Assembly: GCA_011042725.1 (NCBI GenBank)
Contig: DQWD01000234.1
Coordinates: 2,492 to 66,491, forward strand
Length of the DNA: 64,000 bases
Source: Candidatus Aminicenantes bacterium
GTDB lineage: Bacteria > Acidobacteriota > Aminicenantia > Aminicenantales > Aminicenantaceae
Direction: 5' to 3'
The translations under genes were made by a program, and so were the position numbers. Under the pieces are notes generated by a model. That model was not told the origin of the DNA and searched no databases. It was given only the letters and a program-made list of their open reading frames with translations. This document shows positions 63,201 to 64,000 of this stretch, one piece after another (position 1 is the first letter of the stretch; each line of letters opens with the position of its first letter).

Positions 63201-64000
63201 TTGAGAGCTGATATTGACCTTCATCTCCATTCTAATAAAAGTAGCGATGGGGAATATTCCCCCTCTGAATTAGTCAAAATGGCTTATGAAGTGGGACTAA
63301 AAGCAGTGGCCATTGCTGACCATGACACAGTGGCCGCTTACCCGGAAGCTCTGGAAGCGGGAAAGAAATGGGGAATAGAGGTCATTCCTAGTGTTGAAAT
63401 TACCACCATTTATGAAGAACGCGAATTTCATCTGCTGCTTCCCTTTGTTGATTGGAGATCCTCAATAGTCCAGGATTTAATTCAAGAAGTTGATTTGAGG
63501 CGTCGCCGGGAAGCGAAAGCGAGAGTAGAAAAACTTCGGAGCTTAGGTTTTGATCTTACTTGGGAAGAAGTAGTCCAAGCCACCGCTCCCTTCCCGCCCC
63601 TGGGAGTAACCATTGCCCAAATATTGTTAAAGAAAAAGAATTTAAATCTAGATCCCCGGTTAAAAAAATATTATAAGGAAGGCAACCGGGCTCGAGCTCC
63701 TTATCTTTTTTATTGTGATTTTTTCATGGAAGGCCAGCCGGCCTATGTTCCCCGGCAAAATATTAATCTTTTGGAAGTGCTAGAAATGGCTCCAGCTACT
63801 GGATCTGTTCCTGTCTTGGCTCACCCGGGGGCTTATTTTCAGCGGACAACAAGGGAAGATTTGGTCTTGTTCCGCTCCAAGGGATTGGAGGGTTTGGAGG
63901 TCTTTACTTCTTATCATAACGACGAACAAACCCAGTTCTATTGGGAATTAGCTGATGAATTAGATTTGGTTCCCACGACTGGATCTGATTTTCATGGTTA
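63201..64000 (+). CDS. PHP-domain phosphoesterase (TrpH/YciV-like), 3' end beyond window
   Basis: Not in the ORF track because it is open at the edge. TTG 63201 follows AAAGGAGAGAGG. Hand translation gives LRADIDLHLHSNKSSDGEYSPSELVKMAYEVGLKAVAIADHDT...LAHPGAY...TGSDFHG, open to position 64000. The PHP metal-binding His/Asp motifs are present. Confidence 0.8.
   Translation, partial: MRADIDLHLHSNKSSDGEYSPSELVKMAYEVGLKAVAIADHDTVAAYPEALEAGKKWGIEVIPSVEITTIYEEREFHLLLPFVDWRSSIVQDLIQEVDLRRRREAKARVEKLRSLGFDLTWEEVVQATAPFPPLGVTIAQILLKKKNLNLDPRLKKYYKEGNRARAPYLFYCDFFMEGQPAYVPRQNINLLEVLEMAPATGSVPVLAHPGAYFQRTTREDLVLFRSKGLEGLEVFTSYHNDEQTQFYWELADELDLVPTTGSDFHG

Overview
Densely coding 64-kb chromosomal window from an AT-leaning (by eye roughly 40-45% GC) diderm bacterium, probably an uncultivated lineage. 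TTG/GTG starts and 1-14 nt gene overlaps are frequent. I call 54 protein-coding genes (two run off the window edges), a few sigma70-like promoter candidates and one short tandem repeat. I saw no rRNA, tRNA, CRISPR array, transposase/integrase or prophage signal. Gene order: ftsK; two paralogous secreted seven-bladed-propeller+FN3 proteins bracketing an ArnT/PMT-type GT-C glycosyltransferase; an AMIN-AMIN-beta-barrel outer-membrane protein; a long minus-strand envelope-glycan operon (asnB-type amidotransferase, methyltransferase, GT9, Ppm1/Dpm1-like GT2, rsmA, radical SAM/SPASM); a tight plus-strand five-gene operon (B12-binding radical SAM, YdjC/HpnK-type deacetylase, GtrB/ArnC-type GT2, second GT-C, LbH acyltransferase); a DAACS transporter; a GT2-GT4-SDR operon; an aspartate-less receiver; accD-folC; ATP synthase b'-b-delta-alpha-gamma-beta-epsilon (no a/c subunits), running without a break into a TrmN6-like methyltransferase, wzm-wzt and an HldC-type heptose adenylyltransferase; a lipoprotein GATase; a CBM9/DUF5916-like OMP; mfd plus two SurA/parvulin chaperones; pdaD; an NSS transporter-UPF0104-envC-ctp-yibQ operon; glycerate 2-kinase; a PflX-type radical SAM; pgeF; a PHP phosphoesterase. 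Best candidates for new biology: (1) the rSAM-deacetylase-GT2-GT-C-acyltransferase operon, which combines the LgmABC/NaxD lipid-carrier aminosugar logic with the HpnJ/HpnK pairing; (2) the propeller/FN3 paralogs around a GT-C; (3) a Ctp (S41) homolog lacking the Ser/Lys dyad next to a degenerate EnvC; (4) the AMIN-barrel protein as a possible OM-peptidoglycan tether; (5) a D-to-E receiver domain. All assignments come from motif recognition by eye on the supplied translations. No database search or computation was run.
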